DNA of 64,000 bases. It comes from Antedon mediterranea. Taxonomy: Eukaryota; Animalia; Echinodermata. The notes below the pieces were generated by a model, which did not search any database, was not told the origin of the DNA, and saw nothing but the letters and a program-made list of their open reading frames with translations. Shown in pieces: positions 28,301 through 40,100 of the stretch. The stretch spans positions 19,118,101 to 19,182,100 of the forward strand of contig NC_092677.1 in NCBI RefSeq assembly GCF_964355755.1. Reading direction: 5' to 3'. A program made the translations under genes and the position numbers. Numbering within the stretch: position 1 is the stretch's first letter; each line of letters opens with the position of its first letter.

Positions 28301-31300
28301 ATTTTAGGGTGCTACAATCAAACCTATAGTGGAATGGTTGAAAGTCAAAAGGGCTGACCATCACAAGCCAACGCTAACTGAACAGATTTATGTTCGGGTG
28401 AGTAAAACTAATTTCCAGTACCTTTACAGTAAATGAAGCCTTTCATTGAATTATCTTATTTTAATGACAACAGTAGGTGCAAACCACCGTATTAGATCAA
28501 GAAAGTGGTTAACAATTTTTCCAGTGTTACAGATTTCTAAAAGTCACGGTAGCATGGTATGAATGAAATTACTGTACGTACGATATGGTTTTTACAAGAT
28601 AAATTTGTAAATATAGGCCTAATAAAAGTTTTATTTTCACAGATGAACGAGCATCTAATGGCGGGAATTGAAGACGTTCTTGGTCATCATGGCCACCACT
28701 ACTGGTACAAAAGGTAAGATCATCAATAAAACTAAATCTTTTAATTGTTGAAAATACAACTTCTTATAGGTCACGGACGGATTACGCAGGTAAAATTGTA
28801 GAGTTACCAATCGTATAGTATTATATTTTGACAATAAACAACATTTTTTTTTCTTGTTTTAGATGGGATGTTCTTAATGAAAAGGTTTTCCAGCATCTAC
28901 TGATCAGAGAAAAACACGCAGCAAAAGACGCTACTATAATAAAAGTATTCGAAAAGCTCAACGAGAAAGACGCTCTTGAGTACCTAAGAGAACAAGGTGG
29001 ATTTGTGCCATTTGGTAGCCCGTCTATGAGCAATCTTCTTGGTGCCGCTGAAGAGAATATTGGTGTCCTGGAAAAAACCAGGTAATTTAAACTAATAATC
29101 ATGCCTTCTGAGACGACACAATTAAGCTTACAACATACTGCAATGGTATACGAACGGCAACAAGTATAAAACCAAGTTTAATGCATACTTAGGCTATCTT
29201 ATGGTCTAGGTCCCATCCACGGAACTTTAATCACAATATCACTATACAACTGTATGTTTTCTTTTTACAGAAATAAAAGAAAATCAAGATTCGAAGTTCA
29301 AATCGAGATGGAACAAGAACATGCGATTGAAAAAGGCAATCTGGACAGAATCCTTAGACGACCTAGCAATAGAGTAATTTTTGATTTTACTAATACACTT
29401 TATGTAGAATTCACTGATACACTGTCACTCTATGTGATACTGTTACAGATACTGGAGCAACAGAAGTAATTTCAGGTATAAAGAGATAGTTTGCACGTTT
29501 ATTGCAGGCATCCGCACATGGAGTATAACAATTCCCGGAATTGTACAGGGAAGTTTGTACGAAACGGATATCAAGCAGCAGACTACAATGAAAACATTTA
29601 GCATTTCTCCTGTGCAATAACTTGAATTTGTGTGAGAATTAATAATGTTATTGTGTATACCACCACACGATCATTGTAACTTTGAAATTGGTTATCCGCA
29701 CTTGGCGGATAACCTCTTGTTATTGTCACGATCTTTTTCCATGTTCTTCTTTCTTTCCACGAATTTTGTTCGCAGCGTATCTCTAATTCTTGCCACCATA
29801 TGATTGTATAACTTTGTCAAAAGATTGCCCTGTAGCTGTAGATGTGCAAGAAACTTTTTTTTATGAATTTTGAGTCGGGCAGCGTAAGTTACGCGCGATT
29901 TTATGAATTTCAATGATTGATCATAGATTAAAAACCAAAAGTCATTTTGTATTGAAACTTGGTGAAAATTTAAGTTATATCAAGCGCAAACTTTCTATGG
30001 ATTAAAAATGGCATGTTTCATAGAAAGTTACGCGCGCACGCGCGTTCAAAATTTCAAAATGCGCAAAATTCATTTCTAATCAACTTTCTACGCGTTTCAT
30101 GTCATTTTGAGCATTTCAAAATTTCCCACGCGTGCGCAAATTTTGTACGCGCGCGTGCGCACGTAGCGCAAAAACATCCTTTTTTTGCTTGATTTTTGTT
30201 TTTTCAGCCTTTTCTAGTAAATTTATCAATTTTTAATCAATTTCGACATAAAATCACGTCACACGAGCACGTCGAATTGAACAATTTGCGCGTGTTTTTG
30301 ATGAAAAAGTTCAAAAATTCGTGAAAATTATGCCTTTCTTTAAAAAGTCATAGATTCTAAACTCCGTGGTGAACATTTTTTTAAATTTCAGATTCTCGAA
30401 GTAGATGAGTTTTAGATATCAAATCATGCATCGATAGGGCTAACCGGACATTGTGACATCATCGTATGGCCACTCGAATATAAAATATAGGATTTTTGTC
30501 ACTTTCGCATAGCTCATCAAATTTAATAGAGCGCATCTCCACTTATCCGTATTCTATTTCCTCCCATTTTGTTATATTGTCTAGGCCAATCAATTATCTT
30601 TCGCATGATCTACCATTTTTTAAATTGTGATGACGTCATCATGTCCAAAAGCGTCAATAACTTGGGTCCCTTATTTTCACCTATTCTGCACTGTATGTAG
30701 TACGTATACAGAATATAGTGTATACCGTATATACTTTGACGTGACACAAAATAGAGAGCGCGCTAACATTTTTTCAATGGCATAATCGTTTTTCTGCGCG
30801 CAATATTCTAACGTATGACGTGCACGCGGCCTTTGCGCTGCGGATAACCTAACTCGTCCGAAGTGACGAGTTCAAGTCTAGTTAATCCTTTTTTTACTTA
30901 CAGAAGAGTCACCGCATATCTCGCCACATATTAACCGATGAAGAGCTTTCACCGTCGTCTACGAATGCCATACAGCGCAGCGTACAGCGTCACATGCGCA
31001 ATCTGCGAACTGAAAGAAGACGTTCACAGAGAAAAGAAGGACTTTACGAACCAAACAGAGATAGTCGAGTAAATACACTTCAAGTCAGAGGTGTTCAAAT
31101 GAGAAATGGCAGCAAAGAAGTAATAAGAAATGGTAATTTTACTAATTTTGATTTGATTTTTCAGTTTGTGATATGTTTCAGGTTTCTTTAGCTTTTGAAT
31201 CATACATATTATACGCGATCGTGCCAATCGAATATTTTGAGAGGAAATCATCTTTTCTATCCATCTCAAGAGCGAATATTTTCATTTCGATTACATTTCT

Positions 31301-32385
31301 ACTGCTCTGCTCTGCTTTGTCATAATATTTCCTTTGCACCTTTTTTCATTGAAATAAGACTAATTGAAGTGCTAAGTTCACTTAATCGAAACTCAAGGAA
31401 CCAGAAGTCCATATATCTGTGGTGGTGTGCCAAATAAATAAAAAAGTATCAAAGGTTACCATTTCGTTTTGAGTATAAATATATTGTGTATTAATGTCGA
31501 TGAGAAATAACAACAAAAAATAATAATGTCTAAAGTGACGCAACGATGTTGTTAGATAACCTTGGTATATCTAAGTTTTGTTTATAAATATATTAAGTAA
31601 TATGTGTTATTAATAAATCTCAATAATTATGAAATTTAATTTTGTTTTCAGAAAATGAAATCACAGATGGAAATACAGGTAAATTGGTATTTTATAAGGT
31701 TTTGTCACTATTCTTAAAAGTACGCCATAAAGCTAAAGTTAAAACATAATTTTGGATAAACTCCGAACGTTTTACAGTTATGCAAGCTTTTATTTAAGTT
31801 GTTCTTGTGTTTCTCCTACGTATGATATGGGTCGTTGTGGTTGTTGGTTGTTCGCTGTAAATCAAATGTCAGGTTTATTGCCAAAATGACGACAATACTT
31901 TTTTTTATATTTCAAATCGACATTTTGGCAACCTGATATTTGATATTCAGGGAAACGGTTAAATAAACGACTCGTACATGAGGGGAAGATAAAAAAGAAT
32001 CTACACAAGAAAACAAAACTACAAAACTAGAAACTTAAATTGTCTATATTATTATGTATTAGCAATTGAGATACATTTAGGCGCGCCTAACGGACTGTAA
32101 GGTAGCAATTTATACATTTCTCACAATGTTTATTCAAATTTACTCAAAATCTAATTATGTTGGTTATTTTAAGGATCAAATGACAATGAAACATCATTTC
32201 CATGGAAGAAAGGGAGTCAAGTTGAGCATCATTCAAATCAGACTGGTGCAGATAGTGCTTCAACCTACGATGTACCAAAATCTCCAAGAGTGTCACCTAA
32301 ACCTCCAAAGGCAAAACCAAGCCCAATGCCCAGCCCCAAACCCCCACGAAACTTACCACCAGGAACTGGCGAGACTCCGTTGTGA
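22366..32385 (+). CDS. Plasma-membrane Na+/H+ exchanger, SLC9A NHE2/NHE3-like (~797 aa)
   Basis: Exons 22366-22657, 24647-25110, 25645-25907, 26088-26311, 27848-28047, 28308-28397, 28643-28713, 28863-29081, 29271-29373, 30904-31132, 31652-31678, 32174-32385 (2394 nt, in frame). Motifs [67 protein letters not shown]; signal peptide; C-terminus ETPL. Confidence 0.95.
25310..25430 (-). mobile_element. L2-type LINE/SINE 3' end
   Basis: Minus strand gcgccttgagcac..gtgcgctataaaaatcc followed by a (tta)n tail; same architecture as 62283-62345. Confidence 0.6.
26557..27806. mobile_element. Non-autonomous TIR DNA element with inverted subterminal minisatellite arrays (NHE intron 4)
   Basis: Termini ggccctgta..tacaggccc flanked by TA; aaccactaacgtaac arrays at 26565-26845 and inverted at 27640-27795; internal cgtaagcgaccacc-type repeats that switch orientation near 27285. 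Confidence 0.85.
29690..30883 (+). mobile_element. Helentron-type non-autonomous element (HINE/DINE-1-like), NHE intron 9
   Basis: 5' palindromic subTIR ggttatccgc..gcggataacc after TT; 3' subTIR tgcggataacc (30839), hairpin aactcgtc/gacgagtt (30851-30872), terminal ctag followed by TT. Confidence 0.85.
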
Positions 32386-32959
32386 GGAAAAAGAGATTTA
32401 TTCACTTGAAATCATTTGCTTAATAATGTGTAGAATATAATATATAATTATAAGGTAGTTTAACATTTGAAATGTAAGACATTTAAGAATTTAGCGGTTC
32501 TGTATGATTGTATGATTCAATAGAGTCCAATGTTTTTTTTAAAATTAAAGTTTGATAGACGCAGAACATCAACTGCAATAAAGTGATAAGTTGTTTACGA
32601 TTTTTCCTTATTTTCGCTCAGAAATGACACTCTTCATTATATAAATACCGTACGTACCGTGGTTTGTTTGTTATTTCTTGCTCCGATTTTGTATAAGATG
32701 TTTAGTATATCTGCTAAATACTTGGCATGATCTCAATGATAGTAATTTGATAATCAATTTGATGCTTGATAACAGAAACTTGTAATTAGGTAATTCGATA
32801 TTTACTTGGTAAAGTGGTATAAATGCTCTTCTTTTTTGCCATTTAGGTTAACCCAATACACTTAGTGCCTCTCAGTTAAAAAGAACGGTCGATGGCCAAT
32901 TACATGAACAATGCGCGTTTGTTGGCTTAATGAGCATCAAAGATGCGCATTTATTCCCT

Positions 32960-33415
32960 ATTCAAAATTATTTTGTCACTGAAAATTATTGTCGACTATT
33001 CAATGTCGAGATGCGCTCAGGTTGTGCTAAACTGAGAACAGGTGCATATTCGTTGATGATTGAAAATGGGCACGATACCCGTACTTTGCCCTCTGGTAGA
33101 CTATGTACCTTTTGCAATAGGAACGAAATTGAAGACGAATTTCAATATTTGTTAATCACAAATCACTGATTTGTATAGCAGTGTTAGAGAGGAAACTATT
33201 TATTTTGATTACGTAATTATTATTATTATTATATTCTTATGGGCGCGCATTATTTTGATTTTATTTTGCCTGTTATCAATTATGTTAACTCCGCCTTTTT
33301 AGGAGACATAATTAATTGTTTTTAAAGTTTTGAGGTTTTTTATTTGTTTGTTTTGTTGTTTACCTTCTTGATGTAATTTTATCCATTTTTTTTTATTAAT
33401 AAAGAATTGAATTGT
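32960..33415 (+). mobile_element. CR1-group LINE 3' fragment
   Basis: KLRTGAYSLMIENGH...RLCTFCNRNEIEDEFQYLL matches the KLR..H.L.IE.GR...R.C.FC...IEDE.HFLL C-terminus; ends aataaagaattgaattg. Confidence 0.75.
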
Positions 33416-33855
33416 TCAAAAATTTTAAAATACAATACAAAATTTAAAAATACTGTGTTTAGGCCTAAGTACATAAAACAAATGTTTTACTTGTTTGAAA
33501 AGAAATAACGCACAAACGTAGAGTTAATATAAGGAAATAGGCCTACAAGTAAACATTGTGTATTTTCAGACAGACGAGAAATTTAAACTGTTTGCAAAAG
33601 TTAAACTTATCATTTCTTTAAAAAATAGGCATAATCTTCGTTGTGTTTTAAGTTGGATGTATAATTCGTTAATAATATATTATAGCATTGTATTCGACAT
33701 TAGTTCTCCCTTTTTTAAAAAAAAAATACCGTTACGTATCAAAGCAAAATATATTAAAATACTATTATTCATAATTTCCAATGTCCATTTTATTATAAGC
33801 ATACAGCATTTCGTTATACCTATATTTGCTAAGCACGGACATTGTCATCATCTTC

Positions 33856-35148
33856 CTAATAACCAATGAACGGATCATGTGCCACGTGCAAGTGACGTCG
33901 TTTGACTGTGAATGTTTTGTTCAGCATTGTTTTGTGGAACCAATCACAGAGCATTGGATTGCTGGGGTTTCCAAGGAAACGCGTGCTAACAGCTGAACAT
34001 GCGTTATCGAGTCTTGTAAACGTTGCACGTGCACTTCGTTCACTGACAATACAAAGGCTCTCAATCCGACCAAATACTCGCAATATATCAAAAATCTGTC
34101 TTATAGGATATCCACCATAATACCTCGAATTGTGCCATCTGTAATCAAACAATAATAGGCCTAATAAACGTGACCAAAAAAGGCAATTTACACTAATTAT
34201 TTATAAGCACTCCCATATATAAAAATATTTGATCCGCCATATCATAGTTTGATTATTAAAACATGATTGAAGCGTTTTATCGGAGATTATTAATATATCA
34301 AAATAAATCATTCAATTAATTTGAAGCATGTTATAGGTACTTTTTTCAATTACAAAATCTACAGTCTTTTTTATACCTTACAATTACCGTTGACAGAGGT
34401 GCCTGTATACGCAAATGTTTACTTTTGTCGGAGTTGATTAATTTCGACAACTTGTCAGAAGTATTCACACTAGCAATAGTTTTAGACATCGGACGAAGGG
34501 GTGATAATTTATTTTGGAACGGCATCAGATCTTCAACTCTCCCTCTGCGCTCTGCTTCCCAGTAGTTTCCACGGTACGTTGGAGATAAATTATCGCTACC
34601 TAAGTTAAAATATTTGACGACAGAAATGGTTACGTTTGATGATTTAAAATCGGTTTCGATATCAATCATTGTAACCTCCAAAACCAACCACATCCCCAAC
34701 CATTATTTCTTGAAACTTAAATCTGCCAGTAGATTCCACCAATACATAGGCCTAGTACTGATTTTCTAAGTCTCAGAGGTTACGTGGGAACGTAACTTTT
34801 CATTCTTAAAAAATTCTGTCCGCTAATAACAGAAAAATCACAATGTTAGTTAGGCGTAGGCCAAAGCCTAGAAAGTTTTAAAATATTGAAAAGTCACTGT
34901 CGTTAGATATCGAATAAATTATACCATTCTATACACTCACTTGGCTTTTGGATTTTTACTTGATTGATCAACTTCTGCAAAGGCGTTTGCGCTAGCGAGG
35001 TATAATTACTGTAAAGCTTATTCAGTACAAACCTATCATTAGGAGCAAGATCTCTATTTTTACGTCTATAATTCTGTTTATGGTCTTCATGGATACCATC
35101 CTTTGACGGCGGAACAACTTCCAATGCATCTTTCATGTACAATGGCAT
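33856..35148 (-). CDS. TEX56/C6orf201 (DUF4523)-like protein with an RRM-like C-terminal domain (~237 aa)
   Basis: Exons 35148-34941, 34599-34377, 34138-33856 in frame (714 nt). APLSTVIVRW...LRVFGRIESLCIVSERSARATF..LDNACSAV...MLCDW resembles, from memory, the C6orf201 pattern PPMSTIVVRW...FGPI.SV...GRQSA.V.F..ACNAV...FQCSW. The gene structure is firmer than the family call. Confidence 0.75.
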
Positions 35149-35325
35149 TATCTAGGCCTACATAATAATAGTATTTATAACGAACTATTATAATTGATTG
35201 TCTTAACGACGTGATGTACGTAAACCAAGTAAGTACTAATAGTAGTAAACAAAGTAAGAGTGACGTGAATAGAAATGAATAGTTTCTAGAGAGAGAGTCC
35301 TGAATGTAACACCACGCGCGGATTC

Positions 35326-35338
35326 ATTGCATAGCAAC
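35326..35338 (-). promoter_or_regulatory. Candidate RFX X-box
   Basis: GTTGCTATGCAAT about 180 bp upstream of the TEX56-like ATG, with a perfect GTTGCTA half-site. Confidence 0.45.
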
Positions 35339-36389
35339 CAACTAAAACGCAGTACGCACGGGTGTTTGAGTGAAATCATGAGTTACTTTTAATCGTAATC
35401 TTTTTTTACTCTGGTCCGGTTCAATACAATAGTTTAGTAATACTCTATTACGAATTTTAAAATCAGTTTCCTGGAAATAATCGTTTTTGCCAACCTATCA
35501 AAAATATATTTCATTTAATTACAGCTTAATATACAAAGTTAGTAAGTATTCGATACAAAAATCAAGTCTGGAGCATAAATAGAACCTACGTATGTCACAC
35601 ATTATGTGTGGATAATTGAACACTTAGATGACAAATATTTTATTTTAAAATTAGTTAGTTATTTAAATAAAATAGTATAACTTTTATTTTTAATGTGATT
35701 TGATTTACTCTTAACTGCAACTGTTTTTGGCACTAATTTAGTAATTAATATAGTAAATTGATTTGGTGGAAAAAGAATATAAAATAAAAAGTTTTCTGGC
35801 AATACTCGATTTTCTGGCAACCTATCGAGAAAATAATTTATTGTGTTACAGTTAATACTGTACAAATATTAGTATTGTGAGCATTTTGATACCAAAAGTG
35901 TGTAGGATAACAAGAACTCTACTTTTTAATCATATTTTAAAGTAATACAGTAGTGGCAATTTTAAAATTGCGACCGACTCCCTGGTGCATGAAAACAAAA
36001 TGTAAAACATGTTTTTTGGCTTCTGGGGGTCTTTTAAACATATTACATTTTCGTAAAGCAAAACAAAAATGAAACACTACAATTCAGATAGTTATTAATA
36101 CAAACATTGACTTTCATAACAATTATGATAAGGTATCGACAAAGTGGATGTCTGCAAATGTAGATGTCAGCTAAAAATACAGAAACCTCGAGAAATTGTA
36201 GGAAGTCTTTGCCTAAAAATGTGATTGACTCTCAAACTCAATTTATGAAAAAAAAAAGTTCATACTGTATAAATAAATTAAGAAGAATGCGTTCTGGCCC
36301 ACTTTAAGTCTTTCATTGGTGATAGGCCTACATGTTACTCCACTTTTTATACACCCGGCATATATTAATTACAATGTTACGACATTTAA

Positions 36390-36660
36390 CATTAGAGTGG
36401 AGGGGTAGAGAAGTGGTACGGGTGCAAAGAGAAACAATTTTAAAATATACACTATTTATTCAAGAAATCATGTATTTCTTTTTATGTTTTATAGTAATAT
36501 AAGTACCACTAAACACATTAAAACATTTGCGATTTAATACTTTGTTGAAGTGTCAAGTCATAGTCGATTGATAGTATAGTAGCATGTAACCGCTAAGACG
36601 TTTTTATTTTTTTTATAATTATTAATTAATACAAACAGTCGAAAAAATTTGTTAGAAATA
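36390..36660 (+). repeat. Dispersed repeat; second copy at ~46630-46890
   Basis: Shared blocks: caaagag..aaca.ttttaaaatata, taccactaaa.aca.taaaacattt.cgatttaatac, gtcatagtcgattga, attattaattaatacaaac. Confidence 0.7.
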
Positions 36661-37192
36661 ACAAGGTTATAGTGACTGATCCTATGTCATCTACAACTTA
36701 TAGAAAATCCAAATACTTTTTCACCTGTTTGAATAAAATACAAATATAAACCATCGAGTAATAATGTATTTATGTAAGTATTTCTATGTGGAGAGCCTCT
36801 TGAGTATCTTTATTTAACTTTAGGTGATCCTTTCAAGCGAGCAACTTGTTCAAATAGATTTGGTAGTGTGTAAATTCACAAGGAAAAAAGAAAGGTTTTC
36901 AACATTACAGATATATTATAAATGGGTACATACTGCAAAACTGAAGATGCTCTCCAAATTCAATCTGCTAAAAAACTTAATTTGTGAGGAAGTATGTACC
37001 CTCGTACAAACCATGTCCACTGAATAGATTGATGGAGAAGTTGTATTTTACTTTGTGGAAATAGCATTGAACTGTAGTTTCAAGTAATATAAAAAACAGT
37101 CTTATTTACAACGTTACAACAGTACATTACTGTTCACAGATCATGGCCATGATTTTGGTGAGGCAATCCAGTTGGAGCCTTCATATGTCGGT

Positions 37193-40100
37193 TCAAAATG
37201 GTTTCATATATTGCCCATCACCTTTTAGTGTTTGGATGCATTTCCAATTTTCCAAGTAGTTGGCTGAAAATATACAAGAACAATGACTTTAAAATATTTA
37301 CAGGTATGGATTTAGGAGGTAGCACGCTCTCCCTTTTGACAGCTAGAATAAAATTATAAACTACTATATCTATTTTTGACAGACTATGTGTTTTGTAATC
37401 TTTGTTGTGTGTACCAAACTTATATTATTGTGCAAAGTTAAATGTATTATATATTATTGTATGTTTAACAATTAAATTTACCTTTCCATAATCGAACTAG
37501 TCCATCATCACTAGATGAAGCTAGGATGGTTCCAGTTATATTCCAACTAATCCTCCACACCTAATGCAAATAAATCAAAATAGTTCATACATTCAAAAAC
37601 ATTGATGAGGGGTATAAAGGAAATTTATTCATGTATTATATGTCTCTTACTTCCTGATTCTTTACTTTTTGGAAAAGCGCATTCAGCCACCCTCCAATTA
37701 TTTAACCCTTTATGGAATGAAACATCTAATAGTAGCTTACCTGTCTGTTTTGATGATCTAGAAGGCCAGATTGACACATTTCCAGCCTTGTTGGTCCAGG
37801 CATTGTTCCTGTATGTTCAGACCTTAACATGATAGATATAAATGCATACTAAATAAATTATAAACAAATTTTGTTAAAAAAATAAATATAAAAATAATAA
37901 GTTAATTATAGTATAAGAAAGTACTTTTAAAATACACTATACATAATACATAAAATGATTAATCCTTCTCACATAAGGGTCATGCTTTGTCCTATTATAT
38001 AGCTAGTCTAGGGAATTTTGTCAAATACAAAAATAATGTCTGGTGAAAAAGAAGATAGTTGTTGGAATTGGGTTTTACAGGATTTCCAAAATATATTTTA
38101 TTGTATTGTATTGAAGACATCAATGCAATTATTGTGTAACGTCTAAAGTTAATTTTAGATCAGAATTGTGCAGTTGTGGAAGAAAGCATGAAACTTGCCA
38201 CAGTTGCTATGATATTACCAAAGATCCATAAACATATTAATACCTTAATGGTTTTAATGTTGTAATTTTAACATCCTTTGATGCAACTGCAAGTGTGTGA
38301 TAGGATCGACCTAGATTTGGTGCAAATGCCACATCATGTACACCCTCGGTTATTGTCATTAATGTCTCTACTTTATTCCATTTTCTAGGGAAAAAAAAAA
38401 GAATATTATTTCCATGAAAATGTATTTTAACTTAAAAGTAAACGTAAAAGTTGCCACAAAATACAGGTTCACTACCTCAGGGCTGTATCTTATCCCCATG
38501 ACTTTACGATTGCCGTAGTACGCAGCAATATAGTCGTATTGTTAAATTGATTCTATTTTACTTGCACTTCTTAAGGATGCAAATAATAGTTATGGTCCTG
38601 TTTTGGATATTTTTTAATAATTTTTGTGGTTACTCCTATTTAAAGCTGAATGTTTCTAAGACAAGGGAAATGATTATCGATTTCCAACGTGAAAGACACA
38701 GCCCTGAGGTCAACCTATTTTAAATAACGGAACCAGTTGAGATCGAAGGCAATCTCAGTGGGGGATTAAACATACTTACTAAGGAATCTGAATGAATTTA
38801 AAATAAATAAGTAAATGTTTTATAACTCATTTGTGGAATTTTTTGGATTTAAACGTTTTTATTTTATATGTTGGTTATAAAATCTAAATTCACGATGTGT
38901 TGCAACATTTACGAAGTTGCCTATAGAGTGTAAAAAAATTGAACTTATAGTTCTTGTCATTTATCGTAGAACATTTTATTTTAAACGTCAATTGAACAAG
39001 AATTTATCAGGCAGGAAAGCAAGTATGCAATGTTCGTTATATAGAAATGTACTGAAGAAATTTAATAAACTATTTATGGCAGCATGATACCAAATAGGGG
39101 TTTTCCGTTTTGGCGACTTGTGATTCGAGCATAGTGTGTGCAGCAATCTTCGCCCGTGATGGACCGCTAGGACTGATATTAGCCTAGCTTAGTTATGATA
39201 AAATGTAGTATGGAATTCGCCAGATGGGTCGACCATCACAAAATTAATACTCGCCCCTTACCAAAATAATGTATTACACCACCTAATGTAGATTTGCAGA
39301 AAAATATAGTCAAACGTCGGGGCGGGCTTATACCCGAGTATAGGCTTATACTCGCATCAGTACTAACAGTCATAACAAATATAATAAAATATACAGTACC
39401 TTTCTGATTGACTGTATTCAAACAGAAGAACTTTTCCTCCACCAGAGGGGTTAGGGTCATTACTTCCAACAGCAACCATTGGTGAGTGAATTCTGTAAAA
39501 GGTATAGTGTTTTATTATGTTTTCACAAAAAAATTTAAAATAATAAAAATATTTATTTATTATACTTTCAAAATCACATTTTAATTTTCTACATAATGTA
39601 ACAGTTTTAGAACGAATCATAATTTGTATATGTATTTATATGTATATGTGTATATATTTTTTTCATTTACCGATGTCGGTACTTATTTCATTTATATCAT
39701 GAAAATATAGAAATATAATTTTAAATAATTTTGATAAAGAAGATGTTATTCTTATTATTGTAATTTTTATCCTCAATTATATAATTATATACTCTAGGTT
39801 TATTTATATTTTTTTTAGTAATGTGTTTTGTTGTGGGTCCCTGCGAGACAAGTTTTAACTTCTAGAAGGGATCCATGATAATAATGACAACCAATTACTG
39901 TTTTATCTATGTTTACTTTAATATCTTTTTTTCTATTTTGTATATGTTCAGTCATTATTATCTGAATAAATGTTATCTGAATCTGAATCATACTGTTTGA
40001 AGATAAATTTGTATTGCAATGTCATTATCAACAAATCAATCCTTAGAACTTAAACTATTGATGATCAATTTGATATTAGTCAATGTTTCCTTGAATGTTT

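Noticed and set aside
32126-32440. 104-aa ORF as the NHE C-terminus
   Set aside because: Splice phase places the last exon in another frame, ending ETPL* at 32385.
34600-34699. N-terminal part of the 117-aa ORF as coding
   Set aside because: A phase-matched acceptor at 34600 links to the upstream exon, so this stretch is most likely intron.
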